A stretch of DNA of 64,000 nt from NCBI GenBank assembly GCA_030295235.1, contig AP026147.1, forward strand, positions 372,001 to 436,000. The letters run 5' to 3'. This document shows, piece by piece, positions 1 to 13,615 of the stretch. The position numbers and the translations under genes were made by a program. This DNA comes from Fistulifera solaris (Eukaryota). How positions within the stretch are numbered: position 1 is the first letter of the stretch; each line of letters starts with the position of its first letter. The notes beneath the pieces are model-generated. The model did no database searches and was not told the DNA's origin. It worked only from the letters and a program-made list of their open reading frames with translations.

Positions 1-461
1 TAGGTGATTGGATTGATTGGATTTCCAGGGGCATCTGTAAGTCGTGAATTCAATATCATTCGCTTCTTTTGATATGATTTTCTGACAAACTTGTTTCATA
101 ACAGACATTTGTGTTATCACTTTACGCGATTGTCGGCTCTACGCTGATTTGTTGCTTGGAGACGCAACTTAAATTCGTCCGAGTGATGATTGCTGTGAAT
201 TTTGGCTTTTTGTTCAGTTCGATCTGGCGCTTTCTGTTTTACTTGCTTTTGGCGTCTATTGCATTCAGCTACGAAAAATTGCGGGGTCAAGTTGTCGGAG
301 CTGCTTTTGTTGCCGTGGCTTTTTACAATACCTATGTCCTCTGTCGTTATCCTTCGTACCGGAAAATAAGGGAGAAAATTGCCGAAGAAGAAGATCGTCG
401 CATTGAAGCCCGAATCAGCAAGGAGGTAAAGAAGCAGATGGCTAGCCAAGTCATGAAGTAA
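1..461 (+). CDS. COPI-associated/TVP15-like Golgi membrane protein, 5' part outside window
   Basis: Hydrophobic ORF with NFGFL..WRFLFYLLLA motif; GT-AG intron 37-104. Confidence 0.65.
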
Positions 462-580
462 TGCTGCAATCAATGTAACGCTCGTGCTCTACAATAAAAA
501 ATATTTTGTGAAAACTAAAATTCGTAGTTCTCTGGCTATCTATCTACTCGTTTAGCCCCAAGGAGAGAGAAATAAAATCA

Positions 581-2472
581 TTATGCAAATCGAACTCTAG
601 AGATTCGTCTTGTGGCAGCAGCTGTTCGACCGCGGGTCCCGCTAAGAGCATGCATGAGTCCTTTCATGCTTCGACGTCGCGACACTTCTTTCCGCTTCGG
701 CTTTTCGAAGAGCTTCAACTCATCTTCTGCAGAAAGGGGCCCCAAACTCAAATCGCTCTTTCGTCGATCCACCCGATTTTTGAAGCGCTCTTTCTCACGA
801 GCTACAGCGTCACTGTAGTCCATTTCGCTAAAGTAATCCTGAGAAATAGCTCGCCAGTCTCGTTTCGATCCTGCCTCACCATGTTTTCTCGTTGGCTCCA
901 GTTTCTGTATGATATCTGCCGTTCCTGTGAGCAGCGTAGGGACAAGTGTTCTGCTGCGTTCTTCGAGTGCTTGACGGAAGGTAGGAAGTGAGAATACTCC
1001 TCGTGGAGAGGATCGCAGTACAATCTCCATTGCCGCTTTTCGAAGGAAAGGTAACTCGTTCCCCGTTGTTCGTTTCTGTGACTCGCAAGCTTCGAGCGCA
1101 TCAACCACTGTATTCACACCAACAAGTTGGGCCGCAGCGATTTCGCACATGAGAGCCAGACGGGGAACAACTGCCTCTTCGGCTAAAAGTAGAGCAGAAA
1201 GCGCTGTTTGAAATGTGACTGTGGGTTCTCGCGATTCCCATTTTACTTTCTCAAGCAAAGACTTCGTGCTTGCTTTGACGAAGGCATCGAAGCCAAGAGA
1301 CTCGACTCGGTTCGTATAAAGGTATTCAAGAAGTATTCGAACAGCATCGGGGCCGTAGTTTGGGATTGTTACGCGGAGCAACCGAGGACGGTTGACGTCA
1401 AGATCGGATGCCACAGATGAATCATCCATTTCATTTCCAACGTTGTGTGTTTCTTGCTGATTGTCTTCGTCAAATGACACTAAATCATCGTCGTCGTCAA
1501 TTTCTATTTCTGCGGCCTCCATATGATTGGGCCGTATCGATATGTTAGGAACGTTCATTGGCTCAATTTCGTCTTCATCTTCTGATTCTTTTAAGACAGC
1601 AGGAGGAATTTTTGTATGCTGAGTCGTATCCTGGCCATTCGGAGTTGCATCTACAGAGACGACACTTCGACGGTCCTGTTCGTGACGAGCAGAAGCAATC
1701 ATTCTTCCAAGCCACGGACACCGCTTCGAGACAATGCCCGCGTGACATTGTAGTCCAGTCGTTATTAATCTCTGCACCGTGCCAGATTCGTCAACAACAA
1801 CTCCTTGACAATCCAATTCAACATCGGCATAGCGTGTTGCCACACCACCGATTGGTAACATGCTGCGAAGATGGATAAAGAAATTCCGATCGATATCTCG
1901 CTGGAGTCGCCGCAAATTCATATCCGCTTGTCGTTGCTTCGAACTTTCGGCACGCACGGTAATACGATCGTTTTTCATCAACGCAGCATCTTCTGCCTTA
2001 TCTTGCGGGGAAAGCAGTTCGCTGTGGGAAAATTCAAGGTCTTTGAGTGCCAGTACTTTGCTAGCCCCACGCTTCTCGTTACAAAATTCCACAAATCGCT
2101 CAAAGACCGTTCCCAATTTCGTGTTTTTGTCCAGACCGATTTGAACGACGATCCCAGGCTTTAAAATAGGGTGATCCCGAAATTCGACTAAGGTATCGAT
2201 ACAAGAAAAGAAGAGAACCTTTCGAAAGAATTGTGAGAAACTGTTATAAGCTGAAGAGCGAATCGTCAAAAGAGGCTCTTCACACTTACTATATCAGCTT
2301 CAATAGCACTGCGTCGTTCGGAAGGACGCTCTACCGGTTCCGCCACGCCTCCATCATACAAGCCGTCGTTTTCTTCCACTCGATCTTCCTCGTCGTCGTC
2401 CTCGTCATCTTCCTCTTCGTCGGGACGGGGAACGCGCTCTTGACCTGCAGGCTCTATTTCATCGACGTTCAT
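581..2472 (-). CDS. BTB/POZ-domain protein with N-terminal SUMO/ubiquitin-like domain
   Basis: ADVELDC..LQCHAGIVSKRCPWL..PDAVRILLEYLYT (BTB split by an acidic insert). Acidic first exon 2472-~2290 ends at gtaagt; acceptor not resolved. Confidence 0.7.
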
Positions 2473-2940
2473 TGCGATATCTTATATTTCTCTCAAGCTG
2501 GTCACCGCTGCCGATCAACTATTGATGCTTCAAATAAACTGTTGTTGTTATGGATTGTAATCGTTGCTGTGTCAAAGATTAAAACATTAACAAGAACGAA
2601 TAATAACAGACCTATAACAATAGAAGCATTTACAACGAGCAGCACGACGATGCGCTGCATAATAAAAAAGGCTTTCGAACTCTCTGAACGGAAAGTATCG
2701 ATCCGGGACCGGAAACACCATATCCCATAGTAGTAACGCTCGTAGCATCACTCATTTCATTAGTCTCAAAACGTAAACTATCCCCCTTGCCCCCTCGCTT
2801 TGCTTTTTTGTTGCATCTTCACGACAAATGCAAGGACAAATGGAACAAATAATATTTAACGACTTGCAATTGGCAACGAGCTCTTAGAAATAAAAACAAT
2901 TGCTACTACCTAACAACAGTAGCAAATAGTAGCGTTCATC

Positions 2941-3572
2941 ATGGACGACGAAGCCCAAATGAGGCCGGAAGATTTCGCTTACTTGCAAACTCTTCCGGGG
3001 AACGATGTATGCGTCGATTGCGGTAACCACAAACCTGATTGGGGCTCTCCGAAATTGGGTATCTTGTTTTGTTTCGATTGCAGTGGTAGACATAGGTATG
3101 TGTGCTAGAAATTCTCAATTTCAAGAGTCGCGTCTCTCAATTGATGTTCCTACTACTTTTGTAATAAAAAGAGGCCTGGGGACACACTTAAGTTTCGTAA
3201 GGTCCGTCGCGATGGACCGGTGGTCAGAAAAAGCAAATCAAGTTGATGAAAGCCGGAGGAAATAAGCAACTCAACGACTTTCTGGAAGAGTATCAGATCA
3301 AAACCAAAAAGACTACCGCGAAAGAAAAATACGACAATCCTGTCGCAGAATTGTATCGACAAAAACTAGATGCACGAGTGGAGGGAAGAATAGAACCGAC
3401 GGAACTTCCAAAAGTTCCGGTGAAAGTGAATGTGCCTCTAAGAAAAATGGAAGGGTTCGGAAGTAGTCCTCCTCCGCCCCGGCCTGCTTCGCATACGGGT
3501 AGAAATGTGGCGTTGGGCGGCATAGCGGTAGCTATTGTCGGCGTTGGAGCTTGGTTAGTGTTACAGCAATGA
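2941..3572 (+). CDS. ArfGAP-domain protein with C-terminal hydrophobic tail
   Basis: PGNDVCVDC..PDWGS..FCFDCSGRHR|GLGTHLSFVRSVAMDRW..MKAGGN; intron ~3096-3171; frameshift in A-run ~3230. Confidence 0.9.
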
Positions 3573-4334
3573 ACACTTTTTGACATCGATTGTAGAAGAG
3601 TTGAAAGTCAGCTTTGCAGTCAGTGATTGCCGCATGTTACCTGGTAGACTTATCAATGTGTGCTTCGGAATGTCAAGCAACAAGCAGGGGTTCTATGCCA
3701 AAACTTGGCTTCTATTGTACTTAAGGCCAAATTCAAAGGCTTCATTTCGATGATTTGTATGAATACCTAGATTACCTCTAGTCTGGTAGTTCTGTTGTCG
3801 TTTTACTATTTCGTCTGCATCGGTTAACATCATAGCAACATTAACTCGAGCCATAGTCGATATCCATGGAGCGGATCCACGAGTCAAAAAAATAACGGTG
3901 ACGGTATCTGTATAGTGTTTTATGTACTTCCAAAATTTGGCCAGGACTTTCAGAACGGAAAACCAAAATTTACAGTTGACAGTATACTTATCATCGAAGA
4001 TAGTCTCTATTTAAATTCTTTTATGGTACTATAGAAAATCTCACAGAAGAACAGTCACGTGTTTATTGCTCGAAATTTTTTGGCTTCCTAATAGAATCCG
4101 TTCAACGGTGGCTGGCGTGCGTAAGTAAGAAACGACGTGACGATTTGAATTCGAAGGGACTTGCACCATCTCGTCGGAATTGGAGAGGTCATCCAAGCGT
4201 GGCCAGCGGCCGCCACCAACCAACGACATAACAGCGAGCAGCCAGCGAAGTAATAGCCTTCGTCAACATTCATTTGTTGCACAGACCTGCTTGTATCCAA
4301 GCTGCAACAAACGTTTCTATCACTATATTGAAAC

Positions 4335-4601
4335 ATGACGTTCCAGACCAGAATCTGTACGCTTTTCATCGCCGTGTGTCTCGTAATCGCCAGCGTAGTG
4401 GCTGACGAGAAACCCATCCGGTTACGCCGCCAGATTGTTGCCCTTGGTGACGGTGATGTTGCCAAGCAACCTCGTGGTGAATTCCTAGAAAACCTCTGGA
4501 GTGGCGACGCTTTTCTACCGGAACGTCATTTGGGTGCTGGTCGACCGGATAGTTACGATATGAGTATGAGCATGAGTATGAGCTTGGATTACTACTTCTA
4601 A
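4335..4601 (+). CDS. Small secreted protein with MSMSMSMS tail
   Basis: Signal peptide ICTLFIAVCLVIASVVA, RLRR and RHL sites, C-terminal DMSMSMSMSLDYYF. Confidence 0.7.
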   Translation: MTFQTRICTLFIAVCLVIASVVADEKPIRLRRQIVALGDGDVAKQPRGEFLENLWSGDAFLPERHLGAGRPDSYDMSMSMSMSLDYYF

Positions 4602-5942
4602 GAAGCAACCCTTTTTCGCGAAATGGTATATTGATATGGACGATGGGATATTTGCGTGCATCTGTGTTCTTGGTGTTTGCAGGATAAACCCTATAATCAT
4701 TCCATATTACATCTGTGGAAAAAATAATGCCTCATTTGAATGTGTTAATCGCCTTTTGTCGAGGGATTCTAATTATTTAGTTGTGTTTAGTGCTTAGTTG
4801 ACTGTGAAACTCTTCAGATAGTTGTTCCTCATCGTAATAGGCATCAATTCTTCAATACCTTCGTCGTGAGAACGTCTTTGCTTAGGGAGAGACCACAATC
4901 TCCATGACTCCTAGCCTTCAAAATGCGGAACCAAACGTTCTCTCACGTCTCCCTAGTCCCTCTAGATCATGCTGGTTTACGAGATCGCTAGAAAGCGAAT
5001 GAATAGATTCGCTCCTTAGAGTTTGGTTAGTTAACGGGGTAAGGTACGTCCAAAGATGTGAGTATGATTAGGGACTATGCACAGCTCCATGACGCACTTT
5101 TGACGTAGATGGATGTCATCACGAAAGGTAAATGAAGGTTTTGTTCATGCGTTAGTCGTTCATGCTCAACGACCGGCTCGTAGCCTTAGTAATACATAGA
5201 CTGACTGATCTACGTCCTGTTAGTCCTTAGTCCTTAGCTCCACGCACCTCGGCTTCCTCCACGTAAGTCTTACGGAGGACGACGGAAGACGGACAGGGCC
5301 GTGATCCGTGAGCGTTCTATGGGCGTGTCGTCTGGTATTTGAGTATCGCATATTATGTAGACAGAAATGTCGAGGGTCATTTTGGCCATTCCGTACTTTA
5401 TAGAGGATGTACTAAATGTGACTGGACTACGGAGTACGAATGGCGGATTTGTGCCCCGGACTATGATCTGAAATGTACCTTTCCGGTGTTTTCGCCGCTG
5501 GCATAAGTGGAAAAGGCTTGCAACAAAATCTCCGCCGGCATGACCGCGCCATTCGACACGAACGACGCTCGTTGATGCTTTGTGAGAGCAGACAAGTGAA
5601 AGTAGTTGATGTTGCATGCCTGTAACAACTTGATCATCTTCTTGGCAGCAACTGTTGCTTGATTACTCGCTTCACACTGCACGATCGCGTTTTTAAGGCT
5701 GCCGATCGTCGAGTAGTATAGGAAATTACACTGCTTGCTTGAGAGCAGTCGTCATCAAAGCAAATAGCAGCCCTTTCCGAAAGGCAGCAGTGTCGGCAGA
5801 GTTTGCCTTTAACAAACACAACCAAAGTCGCGTACGTGATTTTGTTTTGATAAAAGAGTCTAGATTTGACCTCGTATCAGATAATCAATTACAGAAACGT
5901 TTCAATAATTTCGTGAAGAAGGGACCCATCAATTACAACATC

Positions 5943-7778
5943 ATGGCGTCGGAAACAGCCGAAGAGCCTCGAAAAGATCAGGACACGAAAATAGTGGATG
6001 TTCGCGATTCCGACGTATTGTGCGGACGTGGTGGAGCGGCACTTCGTCATGCTGGCAATCAAACGTACCGCCGACTGGTAAATCTCAACAAAGGCCTTTA
6101 TATCACATGCTTGAAAACGGAAAAATTGAAAATCAGCCGATCCATTGTGGCCGCCATCCGAGAACAAAATGGGCGATTCTTGGAAAAGGATGCCAACGAC
6201 GACACATGGTACGATATTGGCGACAAAAAAGCCATCGAAAAGACATCACAGGCGTTGAGAGAAAACCAACCAAAGTTAAGACAAAAGATTGTGGAGATGG
6301 GTGGAGGCGTTGCTGGAACTGCTGCTTTTATGGAGTCTCAGTACGGTCACCCAGGTATTTACAATCCAGAACAAGTTGGGCTTACTCCAGTGAGCTTGGA
6401 CAGCACAACCAGGGGCAGTTCGGCGGGAAATGCTATGCCTCAACATTCGGTTCAAAGTTACCTCCCACAAGAAATGCGCACAATGCAAAGTCTCCAAGTC
6501 ATGCATCCTTCGCATCAATATCATGGTGACACGAACCCAGATGCCATGTTATCTCGTCTTTCTATCAGCGAGAATCCTAGAGGGTCCTCTTCCTTTCAGG
6601 CGCCCTATCCGGTACAATCCATGCAACCAGTGCAGCAACCGTTTCAACGGATGGGGGGAAATGCAATGCATTCAAATTCGAGCGGTATGATGGCAGGAGC
6701 TACCTCAAATCACACCGATCGTTACGGGAGATCCAACCTTTCCATGGACTTGGCGCAACGCGGTTCGCCGAACCCGCATAACATGCAACAACGCGTGCAA
6801 CGGCTGCGCCCCGGCTTGTACAACCGAGACTCACATTCGGGGGAAAGAATTGGGCTTCTCACTGCAAATGGATTCGAATATATCGTTAATGTCGGAGATA
6901 TCTCAGTTCGGGTCGGGAGAGATTTCTCAATTTGCTTCTGCGGAATTTGCTGGCACTCCGGCAAATGAAGCACAACGAGCACAAGGGCACCTCGGGGAAA
7001 GATATAGTAACGGCTCAGCCATGCCGAACGAGAGTTTTGCTATGGATTCGTCTTTCAAGAACAAGTTAGCGGGTATGTCACTTCCTGATCATAGCACTCA
7101 TCTGGATTCTACTTCGACGCATTCCATGGATATAAGCGCACACAATCCCATTCCGCTGTCAGCCGCTCTGGATGGATCGTCAGCAACACGGAATGGAGGT
7201 GGTAGTTTTCACCATAACTATGCAGGGTCGTACATGGATCGTCGTGAAATACTGAAGAATATGAAATATTCTAGGCCTTCAGAGAGTAAGAATCACCCGT
7301 ACTCCCAAGCCAGTCTCAATGATGACATCAACATGCTGGAAAGTAATCACACATTGATGTCGGGAAGTTCAAATATGACTGGCTTTTCGGAAGACAAGGA
7401 TTTCATGAGCAAAAAGGGAATCCATATGTTCCCCCCAAGCCTCTCGTAGAAACTGCAAAAGTTATTGATCACAGTCGATTGGGTGATACATTACGTATGT
7501 CAAGGCATGGGGATCAGCTGGCTGCTGATTCGCGACATTCTATCATGTCGGGTCTCTCTCGTATCAGTGATACGTCTTTCGACCAATCCATATTTTCCGA
7601 TTTGAGTCGGAAGATCGGAAACGTTTCAACAAGATCACTTACTCCGAGTGAGATCTCGGCGATGGACATGCACCATCGAACAGACCCAGACCCTAGCGAA
7701 TCAGAAGTTCCAGACGACGTAGATGATCTTCCTACAAGGGAAACAAAAACGGAAGCGCCCGTTGAATTCAAGCTCTGA
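5943..7778 (+). CDS. DUF6824-domain protein (diatom-expanded putative regulator) with long low-complexity tail
   Basis: DVLCGRGG..HAGNQTYRRLV..SIVAAIREQNGRFL..WYDIGDKKAIEKTSQALRE; three ORFs joined by G-run (~6840) and C-run (~7433) indels. Confidence 0.8.
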
Positions 7779-7865
7779 AACAAATGGCTTTTGTGCACGT
7801 CATTGATCGTTACCTTTATACAGATTAGTTTTTTGGATTTTAAACATCTTGTTCATTTAGACTAA

Positions 7866-10576
7866 CTAGCTTATGCTTAGAAATTTTAGACCCATGAGAG
7901 GCGAGCCGGTGATCGAATGGTCGGTTGTTTTGCTCGATGAATATGCGAGACTGTCTGCGGTGCATGTTTTGTCAAATCCCTTGCCTGCGGATCCTTCTGA
8001 AGGATTGATTCGCGCCCAAGCTGGCCAATTTTTGGGATTGGGTTGCGGTGACCTTGGAAGCGGGCTTTTAAAAGTCGCTTTGGAGGAGATAGGAGGGGAG
8101 AATAAGGGCGGGTTGAGAGAACTTAAGCTGCTTCGACGCGCAGGTCTAACGGCAGAGGGGCTCATTTTCGATGAAAACGGGGAATGGGTACTATTTTCAT
8201 TTGACAGAGAATCACTGAATAATGGCCCCCTCTTTATTTCGTCGTCATCCGAGAAGCCATCATAGTCGAAAAACGGGTCGCAGAGTAGTTCAACTGCATC
8301 GGGACGTCTGGTCGGATCTCTTTGGAAGCATTTGCACAATAAACTCGTGAGCGATGCACTATCTTTGCTGCGTTTTGAGTCCTCTGAATCAATGTTGCCA
8401 GCTGGGAGACACTCAGTTGCTTTCACGTGATTGAAGAGTGAAACAGGATTAGTAAAGCCCATGTCTTTCCATGGTGGAGAAGCGGTCGCCATCTGGAAGG
8501 CAACACATCCAACACTCCAAATATCTGCTTTGAAACTGTATTTTTCCTCGAATACTTCAGGAGCCATGAAATATGGAGCTGGGGCGCGTACGGGTGAGTT
8601 ATAACAAGAAGTCTGCATCTGATCAGTCGATTTCAATTAAACTTACTTCCCCTCATAGTCAAACTGAGCATCATGTTTCCTTCACTTCCATCGAATCGTT
8701 TGCTTGAACCAAAGTCGGCAAGCTTCACAACTCCTGCATCACTGACTAATACATTGGAACCCTTGAGATCACGGTGCATAACATGTTGTTGATGAAGGTA
8801 TGCAAGACCTTTGAGGACTTGAAACAAGTAGCTTTTGAGAACAGGACGTCGAAATGAACCGAATTTAGCAAGCATCGAGCAAAGACTGCCGCCTGGCACC
8901 CATTCCTGAAAGATATGCAAATATTTAGCGTCCATTTCTGCGCCGTGGTAAACAACAATATTCGGGTGGTCAAGCGATTTAAGAAGTTCAATCTCTCTGC
9001 GAACATCTTCCATTGGTACGTTCTCCATTCGAATGCTCTTTACTGCAATCAATGACCCAGTAGCGGTATTCATTCCAACATGAACAACACCAAACGCTCC
9101 CGAACCCAGTTTGGACCCTAGCACCCATTCGCCTTTTCGAATGTTTGTCTTTGACGCTGCCTTATCCGGTCGAAGAAGTGACCGGATTGCGCGATTGATA
9201 CTGCGCAGAATACTAGGGTTCTCATTGTCCTTTGGAGCCTTTTTGCACGGGGTTTGCGTCGATACTCCAACGGAATCACTTTCGGTCTCATTCTTTTCTC
9301 AACCATATCTGATCGCGCAACAATAGGGCTGAACAAATTCGGTTTCAATGACGTCTTGCTCAAATCTTTCACTCCAGAGACTTCGTTTTGATAGGACTTT
9401 TCGTTGGCACGATGTGACCTTTCGTTTGTAGAACTGCGCCTATCTGCTTTGATTACTAGACAAGGTCGTTCGGGCGTGAAACAACTTTTGATCGGAGAAA
9501 TGGATAAATCAGAGCTCAATAGACCGTTGGCATCAGCGCGATATTGATCCGATGAACGATCTGAGAGAAACGCGATTTCTCGGACTTTGTGCTGTTCTGC
9601 GGAAATAGCTTTAGGTGATTCTTGACAATGTGGATTTGAACTCGATTTGACCGAAAAGTGAATTGTTGGGTCCTCGCCCACACGTTCGCAGTCATCATCT
9701 GTGTTGCAAATCGGAACGTCGTCGCAATCGTGCGAGCCATGGTCGTCGCCAATTTTCTGCTCCTCATTTTGTTCCGCACCACGTTGCTCGATCATCTGAA
9801 TTGACGTTTGATCCATAGTCTCCGAAGGAACAGATACGTATAATTCCGCATTGGCAGGTGTGCCAAGACTTTCTTCATTGTTGTCGCTATGAAGAAAACT
9901 CTGTTCCGTATCACTGTCTTCAACAATCTCGGCTACGACACTGACAGTTTCATCATCGCTCATGCTGCATTCGTCTTTTTCACAAAGTTGTACTTCCGTA
10001 ACATTTGTGAAAGAGGACTTTTGTGGGCTCCACCAAAAATTGATTTCTTCGACTCTTTGTTTCTCTCTGGCTTATTTTCTATTGAAGATTCTTCGTCTAC
10101 GTCCAGCTCTTCATCGTCGCTCAACGTATCGTCAGGGTCAAAATCCGATTCTTCATCATGGTCAGATTCAATCTCATCAGTACTATTCTCAGAAACATTC
10201 CCTTCATCGAGAGAAGCACTCTGGTCAATTTCAAGATCATCGTCTTCTACTGAGTTGAAACTTGTCGACGAATCCTCTTTGATGGCGCTGTTACAAGATG
10301 AATCATCGTCCTCCTCCTCGTCTTCCATTGCTGGTTCGTCGTCTGTTTCTTCGCAACTTGATTCCTGTTCGGAGGATGAACCCCCGAGGACGAGTCGTCG
10401 TGGTGAGGGCTTTTCATATTTGATACATCATCATCGTCGTCGGAAGATGTGGAATCGCAACGCTTGGAAACGATCAGCGTTCTTGGAGGTGTTCGTAACG
10501 AGTTACTGCTCAGCGCAGCGAGAATTCCTCCATTTTGAACGGGCACCTTTCTTCGAGAAGCGGTTCTTCCGGGCAT
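7866..10576 (-). CDS. MAP3K (MEKK/STE11/NPK1-like) Ser/Thr kinase with long acidic N-terminus
   Basis: LGSGAFGVV, IAVK, HRDLKGSNVL, KLADFG, RG|TPYFMAPE (intron 8579-8646); N-terminal ORFs joined by indels near 10383, 9978 and 9295; start uncertain. Confidence 0.85.
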
Positions 10577-11147
10577 CCTGCAACAAAGAACAAAGCCACT
10601 GTGAGTCTACTTGTGCTCGATGATCGATGGGCTCTATTGCTCGTTGTGTGCTTGATTATTATTATTTTGAGAGAGCCATGAAAAGTGATGTTTCTCAAAG
10701 GTTGGAGAAACGACCCGGCGTTGTCCATGAAATGAAAAGCTTAATTTTTTCTGATAGTCTCAAACTGGTATAATGATTTATGTAAGTTACTTTTTTATAG
10801 ACAAATACAGATTTGTAGACTGAATCAGTTGTCACCAGTACAACATGAACGATACTCAACTCATTTGACGGATTATGTAGAGAGCAAAATTACACCGTGA
10901 TCATTGAACTGAGAACTGAGGCTCTAAGAGCTGAGGCTCTAGCTAGAGCTCTAGAGATTCATTCTATAACCTATACCCCTCTCTAGAGAGAAAAAAGAGA
11001 GAAAGGGCGAGAGGGCAGAGGGCAGCTTCTCTAGAGTAGCTCTAGGTCTCGTCCTCCGTATAAACACGGGTAACCTTATAGAATTCCTATTCAGCCTAAG
11101 GAGCTTATCGTGAAATGGATCTATCAACATACTTTATTCGCAATCAA

Positions 11148-13615
11148 TTATATTTCGTCTATTTTATGTTTTGTCAAAAGGATACGACGAGTAGGAGAGA
11201 GAAGAGGTTTGCGTCGTTTTGTTTGCGAGGAATTCGCTGATGACTTCGGCGTCATTATAGCTTTGGACGCTGCGATGGTTGACTGAAGCTGATTGTCCTC
11301 CATAGAAGAAGATGAAGATGAAGAAGACGACGTTGACGACGACGATGAGGAGGACGACGTCGAAGATGATGATGAAGAAGACGACGACGATGAGGAGGAG
11401 GACGAAGATGATGATGAGGAGGAAGATGACGAAGTCGAGGAATCATCGTCTGGGACCTCAATCCTTAAAGCTTGAGCTTTTCCCGGTAAGTCGTCCACTC
11501 CATGTACAGTTTGTTGGTCGACCGATGCGTCTTTCGATGAATTTTCTACTTCTTTAACCGCAGCTTTATCGGCAATGACTACCGCGCCATTGTCCTCGCC
11601 AAATCCTGTTAGTGATCCTTTATTCTCTTTGACAATATGAGAACTGTGATTGTTAGTAGTCTGTTCAGTGTCAACTTGGTTCATTGTTTTGTTGTCGTCC
11701 GTCTCGCGATTTTTGGTCAATGAAACTTGCTGCTCTGTTTCTGTTTGTAGAAGCGCATCACCGTTGTCAGGCGATAGCACGTGCTGTACTGAAGGATTCC
11801 ATTCTGATCCCAGTTGATGGTCTAAATGGGCTGATTGTGACTGACCTTCATCTTTCCTGACGACGTCTGAGTCACTTGTCTTTTTGGCGGCATTGCTACT
11901 TCCTGTGCCGCTAGAGCTGCTACCCGTCTCGCTGCTTCCGCTGCTACTGCTCCCTGTGCCACTGCTGGTGCTCGAGCTGGAGCTACTTCCCGTCTCGCTG
12001 CTTCCACTGCTACTGCTCCCTGTCCCACTACTGGTGCTCGAGCTGCTTCCACTGCTACTGCTCCCTGTCCCACTACTGGTGCTCGAGCTGCTGCCGCTGG
12101 TACTGCTACCTCCACTACTGGAATCATCAACACCTTCGGATGTCGACTTTGCTTTTTTTGTCGCAGCTAGCAGCGAAATGTTATCAATTGTAGTGGCTGG
12201 AGCCGAACCGTTTTTCCTTGCTTCACCCAAGTCGACATTTTGTGCAGACTCTTCTACTTGACTTCCGCTTCCCTTTGGCAATACATCTATATTATTAGAG
12301 TTCGCTCCATCGTTTACCTCTATCCTGTCGTGAGTAGGAGGCCCGCCCTTTTATTATCATTAACTTGCGTAACTTGATCCGCATCCAGGGCGACTTTGCC
12401 GTCGTTCGATCTGCTGCTGCTAATTGCGGGATCATTTATTTCCTCATCGGGTCCACTTATGTTGCTTGATGATGAGTTTAACTGTGTACCCTTGTGGTGA
12501 TCTTCTGAACGGGCTATTTGTTGCATTTTAGGAGACTCTTCTTCGGGCCTGGCCCCTTCGGAGGCGACTGTCTCGGTAAGTTTTGCACCGCTCTTAGTGC
12601 CCTCGTGGCCACCCCCTGTTTCACTGCTTCCGCTGCTGCGGCTCCCTGTTTCGCTGCTCCCGCTGCTACTACTCCCGCTACTGCTCCCCGACCCGGTGCT
12701 CCCACTACTACTCCCCGAACCGCTGCTTGTGCTAGACGCACTTCCCGTCTCGCTGCTTCCGCTAGAACTGCTGCTTCCGCTGCTGGATGTTGACTTTCCC
12801 GCTTTGATTTCCACCAATGCCATATTGTCGATTGTTGTATTTGTAGGAGTTGCCGTCTCCTTTGTGCTGTCGACACCGTTTCCTCCTGAATTTGCACTTT
12901 TCTTGTGTAAAGCGTTTCCATTCTTCGATTGCAATCCATCTTCCTTTTTATCGTCATCAGCGACGACACTATCGTTCGCTTTGTGTGTACGCTCGACTTG
13001 CGTAAGCCGATGTCCTATCTGGTCATTACGACTCTCGTCTTCTTTCGTTGCCTCAGCCGGTACTTTCGATATTGCTTGCGGTGATTGTCGCCGTTGTCGT
13101 TTGCGAGGATTTGGCGTCACCGCTTCTCGTTTTCGTTTCCGCAGTCGAATGACCGGGCCATCATTACTCAAAGATCCCACAATTTCTTCGGCTAACGTAA
13201 CTCGCAGTTCGACTTGCGTCAATGGTTGCAATAACAAATCGTACAGAACATGTTGCGGATGCAATACACAATCTTGTTCCATCAATTGGAGCGTCAATTG
13301 ATGGTACGATGAAGTACTCTCGTCTTGCACCACCTGTATGACAAGTCCTCCCATTTGTAACGCGAGACAAGGTCCATAGTCATCGACGAGACGTTCCAAA
13401 AGGGTCGCATCGAGAGTTTGTACAAAGGACAACATCCATTGTTCGACCGTGACACCGGCCGTCACCACTTGTCGGATACAAAATCCCGGATACCAACTCA
13501 ACGATATTTGTAGTAATTTGTTGGATGCAGGACTGGTGTACTCGACCGGCGGCGGAGAATAAGTGGGGTAGAAGAACGCAGGAGGATAATACGGATCCGA
13601 CCAATTCGGATTCAT
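11148..13615 (-). CDS. Ser/Gly-rich low-complexity, probably nuclear, protein of unknown function
   Basis: Two long same-strand ORFs abutting at ~12300 (likely frameshift); RLRKRKR and PRKRQRR NLS-like motifs; SSSGSSETG repeats; poly-Ser. Confidence 0.6.

Noticed and set aside
7866..10576. Several separate genes or a pseudogene at the kinase locus
   Set aside because: The ORFs join through single homopolymer indels and the kinase motifs are intact
10905..11050. Clustered CTCTAG/AGAG short repeats
   Set aside because: Too short and irregular to call an element
11293..13301. Plus-strand poly-Asp/Glu and Leu/Pro-rich ORFs
   Set aside because: Antisense shadows of the Ser-rich minus-strand gene
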